A stretch of 64,000 nt of DNA, from positions 15,810,001 through 15,874,000 of the forward strand of contig CDPCPM010000016.1 of the NCBI GenBank assembly GCA_976551045.1. Direction: 5' to 3'. Below the pieces are notes generated by a model, which was not told the DNA's origin, made no database searches, and saw only the letters and a program-made list of their open reading frames with translations. Each line of letters starts with the position of its first letter. Within the stretch, counting starts at the first letter, position 1. This document shows, piece after piece, positions 1 to 12,689 of this stretch. Source of the DNA: Glaucostegus cemiculus (lineage: Eukaryota). Made by a program: the position numbers and the translations under genes.

Positions 1-1649
1 TTCTGGTGTAATTTCAAGATGAGGCCTGAATACATGGAGGTGGGGAACTGGTTGTGAGCCCATGCTGCATAGTGCCAAGCCTGCTGGAGGCTGGATCTGG
101 GCCACAGGGAGCCTAAAAAGTCAGGTTTACTGTTTATTTTTGGTGTTTCTTGTGAGCCAGGAGGGGTGGAATTCTCCACCTAGCCTCATGAAGAGACCTT
201 GGGCCCCTTGCTGCTTCATGTCTCCCTCACATGTTCCAAATTGCTCCTCACCCCAAATGTGGCTACCCTCCCTCTCCAGTGGAGCACTGCTGGCCACCTC
301 GGTTCCATCCCCTTAGTCACAGCCAGACACCCACTTCCACCACCCCCAATCCTGTCGTCACCAGGCAGTCTCCTAACCGCACAGTCAAGGCCAGCACCCC
401 ATTCCGGGCCTTTTCCCTCCAAAATAAGATCATAGCCCAGCACCTCTTCCTAAAATTCTGTCCAGTCACTCTACACCCCACCTGATTTTTTTGTCCCCAA
501 TCATGGCTAAAATTCTTCCCCATCCAATCACACTGATACCCCCACCCACACTCTACCCAGTATATGCTGGAACGGTGAGTCCCCTTGGTCTCCAGCTGTC
601 TGCTCTTGCCTCTGTTGCCAGTACCTGTTCTGGCTTTCATTGTGCCCTCAGACAAGAGTTTAAAGTTTATTAAAATTCTGCCATTCTGAGCAGTAGAGTC
701 TCCATACCCCCAGCTGTTTCCACTTTCCTATCACATTCTCCACTAATATCAGGGTTTTTGTTTTTGAAGTCAAAAGGTATAATTCCCATTTTATTGCTGA
801 ACTTTGTTCATGCCTTGATAACCTGCCAAAGAACTTTGCTCAAAGACTGAGTGGTTCGCTGGCTTTCAGAAGTTACTGAACTTAAAATAATGAAGCAATA
901 AAATTTGAGATCTGCCATAATATTAATGCAGACATTCCAGCTGGGCCTGCTCCGGTGCTTCTGTAGTTAGATGGTGCTGAAGATACATCCCCGCTGGCCG
1001 TCTCCCCACTGTTATTGTCCCACCCTGGTCTTAAATTCCATGGTCATCTTCTTAATTGTGGGCAGATTCATAGCAGATAAAGTTGAGGAGCTTGAGAATT
1101 ACCAAATGGGAAATCTGGCAATTCAGTAGAATGTCAAAAACCTACAGCAATGATCATAGTGGTTTCCAAGACAAAACTACTCTGCTGAAAGAAGATGAAA
1201 TACAAAGCCTTGGCCTGTTTGACTGGATGTTTGCATTGGAATTGTGGTGGGTGGAAGGGGATTCACTTTTTACTTGTCATTTGAATTATGCTTTTATTTT
1301 TGTTATTTTACCATTTCTGCAATGTAACACTTAGATTTATTAATATTCTTAGATAGATTGAAGACTATTAAAATTAGAGATCACCAGTCTAGGAAAGGGT
1401 GTGAGTCTGAGAGTGCATATGTCTGCTCTGCCACCAGAAATAAAATAACTTTACATCCAGATGCTGCTGGAGTGGATCCCTATCGGGGAAGCTCATCTTA
1501 TTTGAATGGAGGTGGCAGACCCATACTTTGTGTCCACTAGAGAAGAGATTTGGATGTTGTCTATTGCTGGTGTCCAAACCAATATTGATTTCCACTGAAT
1601 GTAATTTTACTTGAAATCTTATTGTGTGACTTTTTGTGTTGGTTTGACC

Positions 1650-2505
1650 AATTGATAATTGGTTTATTATTGTTATATGCACTGAGGTACAGTGGAAAGC
1701 CTTGTTTTGCATGCCATCCATACAGAGCGTTTCAAAACACAAATACATTGAGGTAGCACAAATGGAAAAGCAGTAACAGAATGCAGAATATATTGTGTTA
1801 CAGAGAAAGTGCAGTGCAGGTAGGCAAATAAGGTGCAAATCCCACGATGAGGTAGGTTGAGAAATCAAGTTTATCTTTATTGTACAGTAGGTCTGTTCAA
1901 GACTCTTATAACAGAGTGAAGCTATCCTTGAGCCTGGTGGTGCGTGTTTTCGAGCTTTTGTATCTTCTGCCTGATGGAAAGGGGGAGAAGAGAGAATGAT
2001 CTGGGCTGGGAGGGGTCTTTGATTATGCAGGTTGTTTTCCCAAGGCAGTGACAAGTATCATCAAAGTCAAAGGAGGGGAGGCTGGTTTTCATGATGTATT
2101 GAGCTGTGTCCATAACTCTCTGAAATTTCTTGTGATTTGGGCAAAGCAGTTGCTATACCAAGCTGTGATGCATCTGGGAAGGATGTTTTCTATGGTGCAT
2201 CTATTAAAGTTGGTGAGGGTCAATAGAACATGCCGAATTTCTTTAGCCTTCTGAGGAAACAGAGGTGCAGTAAGTGAAGTGCAGTGGGTTGTGGTTGGAG
2301 ATGATATGTACCATGACCAGCTTCTTGAAACACTTCATGATGGTGGATGCCAGAGCCACCGGGTGGTAGTCATTAAGGCACGTTACCTTATTTGTCTTTG
2401 GCACCAGGATGATAGTTGTCTTCTTAACGCAGGTGAGAGCCTCAAATTGGATTAGGGAGAGGTTAAAAATGTCTGCAAATATTCCCAGCAGCTGATCCAC
2501 GGAGC
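1650..2505 (-). mobile_element. Rex1/Babar-clade LINE, degraded and internally deleted (family A)
   Basis: Minus ORF 2243-2605 reads DQLLGIFADIFNLSL..KKTTIILVPKTNKVTCLNDYHPVALASTIMKCFKKLV, the Rex1 RT N-terminal signature. C-terminal remnants lie at 1900-2260. The 3' UTR is shared with copies at 20582 and 54650. Confidence 0.85.
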
Positions 2506-2709
2506 TCTCTGGTGGGGACCACACAGCCTGGGACTCCATCCTTGACTGAAAAAGGTAGTGTACAGGAAAATTCCAGGCAGTGGCTATTTTTGGGCATTGT
2601 TTCAATTCCAGCCCAGTGAAACAAATTATTGAGAAATAAAAATTACTGCAAATGCTGCCTCCTTAGATTTGAAGTGGATGAATTTCCTTCTGTTGAAATA
2701 TACCACAAT

Positions 2710-3420
2710 TTTGCCTATTTGCTCAATCTTGTAATGCTTTTGTAATGCTTCTTGCTTCACTGTTGAAAATGCCAACTATCTTTGTGTCATCAGTAAAGTG
2801 GGATTTGAGACTTTCTATCCCAACGTACGCCACAAAAATATTATGAATATTTATCCTTAAGGACTCCATTAGTCACATCTTGCCAATTTGAGTTATAGAT
2901 AGAACATAGAATAGTACAGCACAAAACAGGCCCTTTGGCCCACAATGTTGTGCTGACATAGCTATTCCCTCCTGCATACAGAATGCCCATATACCTCCAT
3001 TTTTTTCTTTCATTCATGTGCCCATCCAAGCCCTTCTTGAAAGCCTGTAATGAGGTTGCTTCCACCACCTTATTAGGCAATGCATTCCAGGCATCCACCT
3101 CTCTCTCATTAAAAAAAATGTACCCCTCACATCTGTTCTGAACCTACCCCCTCTCACCTTAAATGCATGCCCTCTGGTATTAGATTGCTCAATAATGGGT
3201 AAAAGATATTGCTTGTCCACCCTATCTATGCCCCTCATAATTCTGTACACCAACAGATCATCCCTCAGTAGTTGCTTACTATTATCCTTACTATCTATTC
3301 GCTGCCACTCTCAATTTACAAGCTAGGCCAATACATTGCTTTGAGTACCATGAGCTTCAACTCCAGCTAAGTCTCGAGATGGACTCTTATCAAGTGCCTT
3401 GATGAAGTCCATATAAGAAA
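2710..3420 (-). mobile_element. CR1 LINE fragments: younger 3' end (~2896-3268) nested in an older RT fragment
   Basis: ORFs VYRIMRGIDRVDKQYL..TRGHAFKVRGGRF and AWNALPNKVVEA, with the CR1 3' tail (reverse complement AGAACATAGAATAGTACAGCAC). Flanks give WQDVTNGVLKD (GVPQG-like) remnants. Confidence 0.85.
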
Positions 3421-3579
3421 TATACATAACCATGTTCATTTCCTATCAGGAATGAGACACTAGAGTGATATCTCCTTGCCTCAGGTATTTTGAGTTTAAT
3501 TCATCTAGCAGGGAGTCAAAACCATTCAGTCATATGCCCTGACCATATGACTTGTTTGTATGTAGTATTGGGTTTCAAC

Positions 3580-3960
3580 AAAGCTCAGTGATAGTACTTG
3601 CACTGCTGAATCAGAAGGTTGTTGGTTTAAGCCTCACTCCAGGATTTGAACATAATACAATGAATTTTCAGACCAGATTATAGGCAGCATTAAATTGCCA
3701 GTGTTGATGTAATTTGAATGAGTTTAAAATTGAGGCATCTGTGGAGGTTTGGACGAATGGGAGAGAACTTATAGCATGACTGAGGAAAAAGTCTTCTCAA
3801 TGCTAAATAACAATATGATAGCTCCAAAGTCACTAAGTGTTGGCAGCATTTATTTCCAGATTTTTTTAAAAAAAGAACTGAATTCAAATTGTCAAACTGC
3901 TGTTTCATCTTGTATCCTCTGGATTATTTGTTCAAGCCTTTGAATTAGGCATCCAGCCAC
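3580..3960 (+). mobile_element. Degenerate tRNA-headed SINE (DeuSINE/SacSINE-like)
   Basis: AGCTCAGTGATAG (box A-like) ... CTGAATCAGAAGGTTGTTGGTTTAAGCCTCACTCCAGG (box B-like) head; body highly diverged. Confidence 0.4.
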
Positions 3961-4339
3961 ATAACCACTGCACTGTTTGTTATCAGTGAAGTCCTTCTGG
4001 CTGTTATTAAAAGACATGAGAAAATGATAAATAAGTGGAGGTGTTTTTTTTAATCACACTGAGTTCTAAGTTTACTCATTGAACAAATATAGAGGTAAAT
4101 GTTTTATTTTAATTGAAGTGTTATCATGCATGAAAGTCCAAAATGGTTGTAGATGTGGAAACTTAGATTTCAAAGTTTCATGTAAAGTGGATTTTACTAA
4201 TGCTTAAAAATTGACTTAAGTCGTCCATGATTTTTTTGGACTGAAAATGCACATAACCTTGACCGATAGATGCTGAAATAACTAAACTAACTGCAGCTAT
4301 GTGAACTCTAATTATGTTTTATTATTGTGTTTCTTTCAG

Positions 4340-4483
4340 ACTGCCAGTCAACCTTAGCTTTACAGATTATGACAAAACGATGCCACAGGAAGAGAAGTTG
4401 CAGTGTATATGCCAGTTCCTATGAGTTTGGTGATCCCTGTTATCCAGGCATCCGCAAATTCCTCAATGTTATCTATACTTGCG
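4340..4483 (+). CDS. EVA1C: Internal coding exon of an EVA1C-family (protein eva-1 homolog C-like) gene, C-terminal half of a SUEL/Gal_lectin domain; may be a paralog rather than the ortholog
   Basis: Acceptor tgtgtttctttcAG at 4338-4339 and donor GTAAGA at 4484; 144 nt, phase 1-1, open. Translation xCQSTLALQIMTKRCHRKRSCSVYASSYEFGDPCYPGIRKFLNVIYTC matches the SUEL motif C..C...C.....FGDPC.G..K.L.V.Y.C and the spacing of the second EVA1C lectin repeat as recalled. Confidence 0.85.
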
Positions 4484-6015
4484 GTAAGACAGTATAATTC
4501 ACACAGAACATTATATCAAACCCCAACAGCTCTTTATGGAACTTTTATAAATCTAACTTAAAGCCTTGGTTGTTTGAGAAGATAAAGCTTCTCCAAGTAT
4601 TTGATCCCCCTTGGAGCTCCAGATTATATTTTAAAACAATTCATCTTTGTATATGACATAGCTGCACATTTTAATGTGGTGGCGGGGACAAACTGTATGG
4701 TCATGATCCTCTGGGATCAAGAAACAGAGCAAATTTCTCGGACAATTTGTATACTGCTCTTTACATTTGTTATCTGTATTAATATTAACCTATTTTAGTC
4801 ATTTTGACAGTAATTTTTGGAATGAATTTGGGCACTCAACATTTTTCCATAGCTCAAATTTAGTGGAACAGATATTGTTAACTCATTCAGAAAGACTACT
4901 TTCATGATTAAAAAATCCCATGGTCTCACATGCAAAGAAATCTTACTTTTAAAAGGAGGATACCCTGTAAGAGATCATTACTTCAGGAAGAAGAGCAGAT
5001 GAGATAGAATTATGAAGAAAATATGGGCTTTGAGTGTGGGTGGAGTGGTTATTTTCAGTTACTTAATTTAGAACCTTAGCTCTCCCAAACTGCAAAATAT
5101 GATTCTTGATGTATATTGCAACATAAAAATAGATTTATGTCACCTCAAACAAAGTTAGTTTACAACAGGGTTTTTCAATGAGATAGAAGTACTCCTTCAA
5201 CCAAAGCCACATATTGCTTTCGGTTGAACATTATAACCTTATGTAATTTGCAAAACAATTGTGCACTTGTCTTAAGTGTAAAGTACTGTCCACTTGCTTG
5301 AGTGTGTACTAGGCACTGTAATGATAGTAAAGTGGAAACAAATTCAACTTCGGCTGAACTGCAAGGGTAATTTTAAGAAAATGTACAGGTTTAGTATAAT
5401 TAAAAGGTATGGTGTCACAAATTTTGTAAAATAACAACTTCATTTTAGTTTTGGAGGTTGGGGGGGAGGGTGGTTTACTTGCACAGTATGTATAAGGAAG
5501 AAATGTTGGTCTGATTTAAAGGGTGAAGAAGAATCTGATTCTCTTTTCCATGGAGTCTCACTCTTTTTTACCATTATCAAATGGAGATGTGATTCTTGAC
5601 TCGAATGGCACTCATAATATAGTTATGACATTGTGATTCTACCCATTTCATACCAGTGATACAGTATGTGTGCCTGAGATTCCCTTGGGCATCCTAAAAA
5701 ATGTCTACTATTATAAATTCAGCAGATCATTGTCAGAAATTCTGCTGAGCAAATATAAACAGCTAAAACTGGCAGCTGCACCGTCAGTTTCTGAGTGAGA
5801 ACCTAAAAGAAGTTCCTTCTCAACAAGTGGACCAACCTTTGAGCAATGATGTATTGATACTGAATTGAGGACTGAAAGGAAAAAGAAATTTAACACAGTC
5901 AAAACAACTTAATTTGTGTAAACATATTCCACGTGAATGCAGAACACAAGTACTGTTGAGCATCTTGTAATGAGAATACATAGCATCATAGAAAAACTAT
6001 GACACAGGATGCCAT

Positions 6016-6332
6016 TCAGAATCAGAATCAGTTTTATTGTCACAACCATATACATACATAGTATGCATAGGAGCGAGATACCGTCCTCCTCAGGTGCTCA
6101 TCCCACTAAATAACAAACAGCGGAGACACACAGACACACTGAACAAAAAAAAACATTAAAAACTATGGAAGTTTAAATTAAATTAAATACGCAGGTTAAA
6201 TTAAATACGGCCGGTAATTAAATAAATAGTTATTAAAGTGAACAGGCTGGTGGCGGGCATTTAAAGTGCTGGTGCATTTCTGTGCACCTAGCATCTCTTA
6301 GTGTTAACAAGAAAGATGGAGGAATGAGAGAG
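6016..6332 (-). mobile_element. Rex1/Babar LINE family B, 5'-truncated 3' end
   Basis: Reverse complement of the copies at 35222 and 42731; ends in AATAAAA(CTGATT)n tail. Confidence 0.9.
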
Positions 6333-6675
6333 CTAATAAAACCACAGAATACTCAGAATCATTTTTTTTTGTGGTAGATTGTGTAATTAAAAAGTTAAAG
6401 TTCATGTTTACAATGACTTGTCGATAGTTGGTGTCACTTAGATAATTTAAGTTGTTTTAAAGGATTTGCACTTTTTAAAGTACTGAGTTTTCATTTTGTT
6501 GTTTTGAAATCAGAAATTTGGACACTTCATTGTCATACAAATACCAGCAAGCTTAAAAGCATTTCTAAAATGCACACTCATTCACATTCCCCAGTTGTGT
6601 TTTAATTGTGCAATATGAAGCCACAATATAAAGAAAGGGGTTAATATATTTATTGCATATGTGCATATCATGAGT

Positions 6676-7000
6676 AGAATCATAGTCATGCAGCACAGAA
6701 ATAGGCCATGGACCTGTGCTGACCACTGGACACCCACTTGCACTAATCCTATGTTAATCATGTTTTACTCTCCCCATGTCCTCATCAACATCCCCTAGAT
6801 TCTACCACTTGCACATTAGTGGGCAATTTAAAGTGGTCAATTTACCTACCAACCCATATGTCTTTGGAATGTGGGAGCAAAAGAGAACACCCCGGGGAAA
6901 CCAGCATTGTCACAAGGAGAATGCGCAAATTAAAAACATACAGCACTGGAGGTCAAGATTGAACTTATGAGGCGGCAGCATTAGCAGCTACCATGCCACA
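6676..7000 (-). mobile_element. HE1-like V-SINE with CR1-derived tail
   Basis: V-domain (GTCTTTGGAATGTGGGAG..CACCCGGGGAAACC), tRNA-like head at the right end and CR1-type tail at the left end; homologous to 33578-33935. Confidence 0.8.
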
Positions 7001-7039
7001 CTTCTGATGGAATGATTTAACAATCTCTGACAAGCATAT

Positions 7040-7380
7040 CTTAGAAAAAACATTTTCATTCACAGGGTGCAAAATGTACCTGGCAAATGCATCATTTATT
7101 CTCCATTTGTAGTCATCTCTAAACTGAGTAAATGCTTCATTGGGTTTGGAGTTACCTTTGGGCCAAATTGGGTAAAAATGGCAGATTTACTTTCTTAAAG
7201 GGTATTACTGTGCCAAATGGGTCTTATTGACAATCTAGTAATTTCACGGTTACCAGTAATGAGACTGGACTTCACTGAGAAAAAAATTCTGATTTATTTA
7301 ATTACTTTAATGTAAATTCTCAAGTTACCATGATAGGATTTGATTGGTAGCCCAGTAACTTTATTATGCCACCATACCCT
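7040..7380 (-). mobile_element. Old LINE-related 3' fragment
   Basis: GGCAAATGCATCATTTATTCTCCAT resembles the reverse complement of the terminus of the LINE ending at ~52050; similar to 25570 and 63285. Confidence 0.4.
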
Positions 7381-8799
7381 AATCATTACTTAGTGCTTCT
7401 GCCCTGTACTAAAGTGTGGAAAGTCACTGCGTACTTGACATAAATTTCATGTCATTTACAGTGCCACATTATGCACTACTCATCTTTTAATTAAGTGCAA
7501 TGTTAATTAAACTCTTTTAAAAAGTCTATGATATTTTTCTCAATATTTGAACTAAATGCTATGTTCTACTTAGTAGACAGGTAGGAATGTGGGGTTCTGA
7601 TTTTCTATATTGTAAAGCAAAATGATTGAGGGAAAAAGTACACACCAATTTATTGTTTTGCTTTGATGCTGATTTTGGAAAAATAAAAGCCTTCAAAAAT
7701 GTTCTGCTATCATAGACAGAACCAGAGACAGGATTAAAAAAAATGGGTTAAAGAAATCAAACTCCTTCCAATTTCAAGGAGCATAAATGTAAATTTATAT
7801 TTGCACTTGTAAGTCAGACTATTTCAAAAATTATAAAGTTAATCATTGCAGCATGCTGTACTTTTGACCTTGAGTCTTTCCCACCTCTGCTTTGATCCTT
7901 TCCTGAACAGCATTCAAAAGGCTTGTCCTTTTTTTCAGTCCATTATCATTGCTAGATAGTTTACCGTCTGTCAATGTCAGACTAGGCAGTGCAGTGAATA
8001 CTTTATGGTCTCCTCTCTAATTTACTTACTTTTAAGTAATACTTCCAGGTTGTTCTTGGTCTATTATTATCTATTATTTTTCAACTAGCCTGATGAGTCA
8101 TATTTTTGTTCAACTTTTAAATTAGAAGATAAATGAAATGTTATTACTCTTAAATGTTAATAAGAGGGAAAAATTACACTTAAGTACCATCTTGTCTCTT
8201 AGCAACATTCCCATAAATTGAATTGCATTTTGAGGCACAGTCAGTGTCTGTCTGATCACCACTGCTTAAATGTGATCCACTAGAATTAAAACTTGTAAAC
8301 AAATTTATTATCGAGGTTAGGGTTCCTCAGAATGGGCTTAATCCTAACAAAAATGGAACATCAGTTGATTCTTAGCATTGAATTGCTATCAATGATTTTG
8401 TGGCAAGTGGATAATTCAGGCTGGTAAGACTAAGTTGTAGGTGGAGGGTACCCACCCAGCCAGGACTGTTGCACTGTATTATATAGGCAGAATCACTATC
8501 TTCCCTTGGTTACAACAATGTAATCACTTTTCTTTCCATTTTCTCCATTCCTGTTCCAATGAACAATATGGCATTCATATACAGACACTTCTCTGGACCG
8601 TTTAACTCACAAAGCTCTTATTTATCACAATTCAATGGAAATGGCTCCCTTCTCATTTCCAAATACCATTTCAGCATTCACGATAACTGTATCACTACTA
8701 TATATTTAATACATTGTAGCTAATTCAAGTGTGTAAACCAATGCATGTGCTTCTTGCCACAATGGTGAAAGTGTCTGTTCTTTTAGCCCCAGCCTCTAA

Positions 8800-9052
8800 T
8801 GATGAAAGGCATATATTCAAACTGATGGGCAAAAGATACTGAAAGTTTCAGGAGGAACAGGGGGAAAAGCATCTTTATGCAGAGTGGTCATGGTCTGTAA
8901 CATACAATGTCAGAGTTTTCAAAGAGGGAAAAGTAGGCACACAAGGGAAAGTAGTTTGTACCACTGAAAGAAGAGTAGTGCAATGGGACTACAGAGAGCA
9001 GGCATCTACTCACTGGGCTGAATGGACTGCTTCTGTGCCATAATTATTCTAT
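8800..9052 (+). mobile_element. Highly degraded CR1 3' end
   Basis: Ends CTGGGCTGAATGGACTGCTTCTGTGCCATAATTATTCTAT, a CR1 3' hairpin/tail-like sequence. Confidence 0.5.
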
Positions 9053-9577
9053 AATTTGTTATCTGATTATGTGAAGCAGCTGTTGGTTGTGAACTTGCAG
9101 GAGCATGTTGGGCCTGAGGTGTGTTTCTCTCATTGCACCCAAGCCCTGAGATGAACCTGCATTAGGCTGAACATGTTGAATGGCTGCAGAGACGGACAGA
9201 CCTGCCTTCCCTCTGTTACAGCCACACCTATGTGAGGCCTTTTTTTTTCCTTCAGCAGCCTTCCAATTCTGAGCAAGTCCTTCAAATGGGAACTCCCAAT
9301 CTGTAGTGTCTGTAATATCAGAAAATTTCTAAGAATGTTAACATAAGATTAACCCTGGAAAGTCTTGACAGAACCTTCCCATTTCTGGCCGTATGGATGC
9401 AAAATATAATCTGCTCAATGTCCATTTGAATGTTTCTTTGCATGAAACAAATAGCTTGTAAATCTGTCACCATGTTTTGCTTCCAAGTGAGGTAACTAAA
9501 ATTAATATTTTAAGATTAAAAACCTGAATTTTCTCATGATGTATTGCAATTCAGTTGTATCTGTAACTTATATTATT

Positions 9578-9594
9578 CACCAGCAGATGGAGTT
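9578..9594 (+). promoter_or_regulatory. Candidate CTCF-binding motif
   Basis: CACCAGCAGATGGAGTT closely matches the CCASYAGRKGGCR core in non-repeat DNA; motif match only. Confidence 0.35.
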
Positions 9595-9819
9595 ACACAC
9601 AAGTTGCCTGGTTAAGTTGATTTGGGCACAGTGAATGTTTTGGTGCAATTGTATGCTAAAGACGCCAGTAAACTTCAGTGCAGAATTCTCTGTAAAAAAA
9701 AATTACATCCTTTGTCCACACTTCAAAATAACTACATCCTGTGGGGACTGATCAGGTCAGTTATCAAAGCTGCCTAAAAGATTGATGAAATGCATGGAAA
9801 TATATATTTTAAAAAAGTA

Positions 9820-9945
9820 CAGGTACTTGAAATCTGAACAAAATAAAACCAAAATGCTGGAAACACTCAACTGATCAAGCAGCAACAGTGGAAAGAGAAA
9901 AAAAGTTAATGATTCAAGTGGAAAACTCTTCATCAGAACTATGGA
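9820..9945 (-). mobile_element. Penelope-like element terminal (pseudo-LTR) fragment with degenerate hammerhead motif
   Basis: Reverse complement agtt-CTGATGA-agagttttccactt-GAAT-catt-aact; the remainder matches other Penelope ends in the window. Confidence 0.7.
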
Positions 9946-10204
9946 ACAAATAGTTAAGATTGTATGACCTGAATGGGCAGATTCTTGGAAGTTTCATCAC
10001 ATGATCTGTTGCCACAATGGTTTTACCTGATGCACCTTACCTTCTAGACAAGTTAGAAGGTAAATAGACCCTGCATAACCTGATAGTATGTTTGCTGTCA
10101 GTTGACAGTGTTTCCTCCTATGTCCAATATTTATATAATTAAAGAAACTTGATCAGAAAGCATTTAAAGACAAGAGTGAAGCAAACAATTGTACATGCAA
10201 GAAA

Positions 10205-10830
10205 TATTACACAAAAGTAGAAAATACCAGAAATAAGCAGGTCAGGCAGCATATGTGAAAAGAGAACCAGTCAGTGTATGTGGTCAATCGCTCTTCCTCA
10301 GAACTGGAAAAGTGAGAAAATAAGAGCTTTTTAAGTTGCAGAGAATGTTGGATCTGGTTATTTTGGAATCCACAGGTTCTTTCAGGAGTCCAGGGATGAG
10401 TTGAAAACAACTTGATGTTTCAAAGTTTTATTGGAAAGGTTTAAAACAAAGAAACAGCCACACAGCACATGGCACTAGCTCTGATGAGCCGAGACAAAGG
10501 GAACAAAAGATGAGCTCAGGCCAGGGGACAGGAAGAAAAAGAAAGAGGCTGATTAACATAAAGCAACACCTTTTATACCTGAGATAAGGGATGCTCTTTA
10601 GCTAACAATAGTCCGATCAGGAAACCTGTTAGATACTTGTGGCCAAACCAACCAACGAAAAAAACCACAAATTCACCTGATGGACAAACCAATAAGCTAG
10701 TAGGCGGCCATTCCTTGTGCTGCCACTGGAGATGTATTAAATACTACACATGTTAAAAACTAATTAAAACAGTGGAATCCAACAAGAGGATGGAGAGAAC
10801 AAAGGTTTTATCATAGGTTGGGGACAAAGA
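10205..10830 (-). mobile_element. Penelope-like terminal fragment interrupted by a solo LTR
   Basis: AGCAGGTCAGGCAGCATATGTGAAAAGAG..CAGAACTGG matches 58260-58440, and the host sequence resumes after 10784. Confidence 0.65.
10346..10784 (-). mobile_element. Solo LTR (ERV or LTR retrotransposon), 439 bp
   Basis: TG...CA ends with a perfect 8-bp inverted repeat TGTTGGAT/ATCCAACA; flanks AGAGAA/AGAGGA (imperfect TSD). On the minus strand: TATAAAAG (10577-10570) then AATAAA (10432-10427); CCAAT at 10689-10693. Confidence 0.75.
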
Positions 10831-10839
10831 TTGTTGCCC

Positions 10840-12530
10840 TGTTAAGTTGCTGGAAATGTGAAACAAGACAGTATGCTGTAAGTATATACCCAGCAAAGCA
10901 GGCAGTGCCTGTGGAGAGAGAAAGATTATGTTTATAAGTGGATGACCTTGCATCAGAGTTGGCCTTCTCTGACACAGACAAAAGGTGAGAATCTGTTCCT
11001 TGTGCCTAGATTGGACAAATTTGGAATGGTGTCAGAGGCAAAAAGGTCAGAGTGGGAATGGGATGGAGATTAAAACTGTTGGAAATTAAGGGTCACCAAT
11101 GTGGACTGAATAGAGGTGTTCTGCAAAGCAGTCACCCAGTCTGAATTTGGTTTCTAAGGTGCAGAGTTCATCAGATCATGAGCACTGAATGTAATACACT
11201 ACTTTGGAAGAAATGCAAATGAATTGCTTTTTCACCTGGTATGACTGTTTGGATCCCTAGATGATAGAAATTGACAAAGAGAAAGTGTAGATGTTGCATG
11301 GGGAAGTAATATGAAAAGGGTTTGGGGGAGATGAAAGGTCTAACCTCTTTCTGAATGCTGGGAGGGGAGGGGAAGATGTGTCTGGTAATGGAATCCTAGT
11401 AAAGGTGATAGAAATCAAACTTAAGGGCAAAGGAAGACACTCAGGCGCTGGTGTGGACACTTCCCTTCCCTTTCTTAACATCACAGTGTCCTTGGGGAAT
11501 AGTTTAGTAATCAGTATCCATTAGAAGCCCACTGACCTCTACACCTATCTCAACTATACTTCCTCTCTTCTTATTGGCTTCCTATAAGAACTAAATTCCA
11601 GGTTCTTTGTTACATTTGTTCTGATGACCAGGCTTTCTATACCAGTGCCTCGGAGATGCCTACCCTTTTCCTTATCCCATTACCAAAGCTGACAGGGCTT
11701 TCAACCATATTTCTTCTATTTCTGGCATATTTGCTTCATGGCCCACTCCTTCGAGGTAGATCAAGCACAGGTTCCCCTTGTTCTTACATTCCAGCCTTCC
11801 ATATTGAATAAATCGTCCTCTTTAATTTTCACCACCTTCAAAAAGATTTCCATCTCTCATCTTCCCATCCCACCCCCTTTCAGTATTACAAAGTGGCCAT
11901 TACCTCTGTGATTTGCTCTTTGTTCTCCACTGACCACTACTCTTGTTATGTACTTTCCCATGCAACTGCAGGGGATGTGACACCTGCCTTTTTACCATGT
12001 TGCTTATCACTATCCAGGGACCCAAACAGTCCTTCCAAATGAAGCAGCGATTCACTCGCACCTTGTCCAATGTAATGTATTACTTTCAGTGTTCATGATG
12101 TAGTCTTCTTTACACTGGAGAAACCAAATGAAGATTGGCTAACTGCTTTGCAGAACACCTGTATTCAATCTGCACAGGTGACCCCAAATTTTAGCTGCCT
12201 ATCACTTTACTTCTCATTCCCATTCTCACTCTGAGCTCTCTATCTTTGACCAGCTGCACTGTCTCAATGATGGCCAAGGTAAGCTCAAGAAACAGCACCT
12301 CATCTTCTGTCTGGGCATGTTGCAGCCCTGAGAACTTGATGCTGAATTCAGCAATTCCAGCTAATCAGCTTTTTCTGTTTGTGTCAGAGCTGGCTGGCCC
12401 TGATATAAGGTCATCCACCGGCATCATTATTTTAGATTTTCTTTCTCCATAGATGTTGCCTGGTCTGCAAGGCATTTCCTACATTCTCCTTTGTTTCAGT
12501 TTCCCAACAATTTCTGTACTCTGCATCCAA
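10840..12530. mobile_element. Penelope-like retroelement with inverted structure (minus arm ~10840-11430, plus arm ~11450-12530)
   Basis: Plus arm remnants: DTSLPFLNITVS, KPTDLYTYLNYTSS (RT thumb) and FPCNCRGCDTC..QGPKQSFQMKQRFT..SNVMYYFQCS*CSLLYTGETK*RLANCFAEHL (GIY-YIG endonuclease with Cys linker). The same GIY-YIG segment occurs on the minus strand at ~11090-11305, and terminal sequences face outward at both ends. Confidence 0.85.
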
Positions 12531-12689
12531 CAGTTCCAACATTTTCATTTCTTTCTTTTCTCTTGAAATGCAGAGACTGAAAGTAATTGCTACCCGAACA
12601 ACCTTGGTCCACACTCTATCACAGGCATTCCCTCAGTTCTTGTCACCCATGCTTCCCTCTGAAACCTAAAACACACTTGTTTTTGCACT

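Noticed and set aside
62-673. Overlapping 60-112 aa ORFs in a GC-richer stretch
   Set aside because: No recognisable domain or convincing exon; expected by chance at this composition.
1389-2054. 221-aa minus-strand ORF
   Set aside because: Off-frame read-through of a Rex1 3' end and UTR into flanking DNA.
3528-3552. Perfect 9-bp hairpin AGTCATATG/CATATGACT
   Set aside because: A few such hairpins are expected by chance in 64 kb.
7455-7490. tttacAG|TGCCA as the next EVA1C-like exon (V-P start)
   Set aside because: In-frame TAA after 8 codons with no donor before it.
10481-10505. CTGATGAGCC..GGGAAC as a hammerhead
   Set aside because: Lacks GAAA and proper stems; lies within the LTR.
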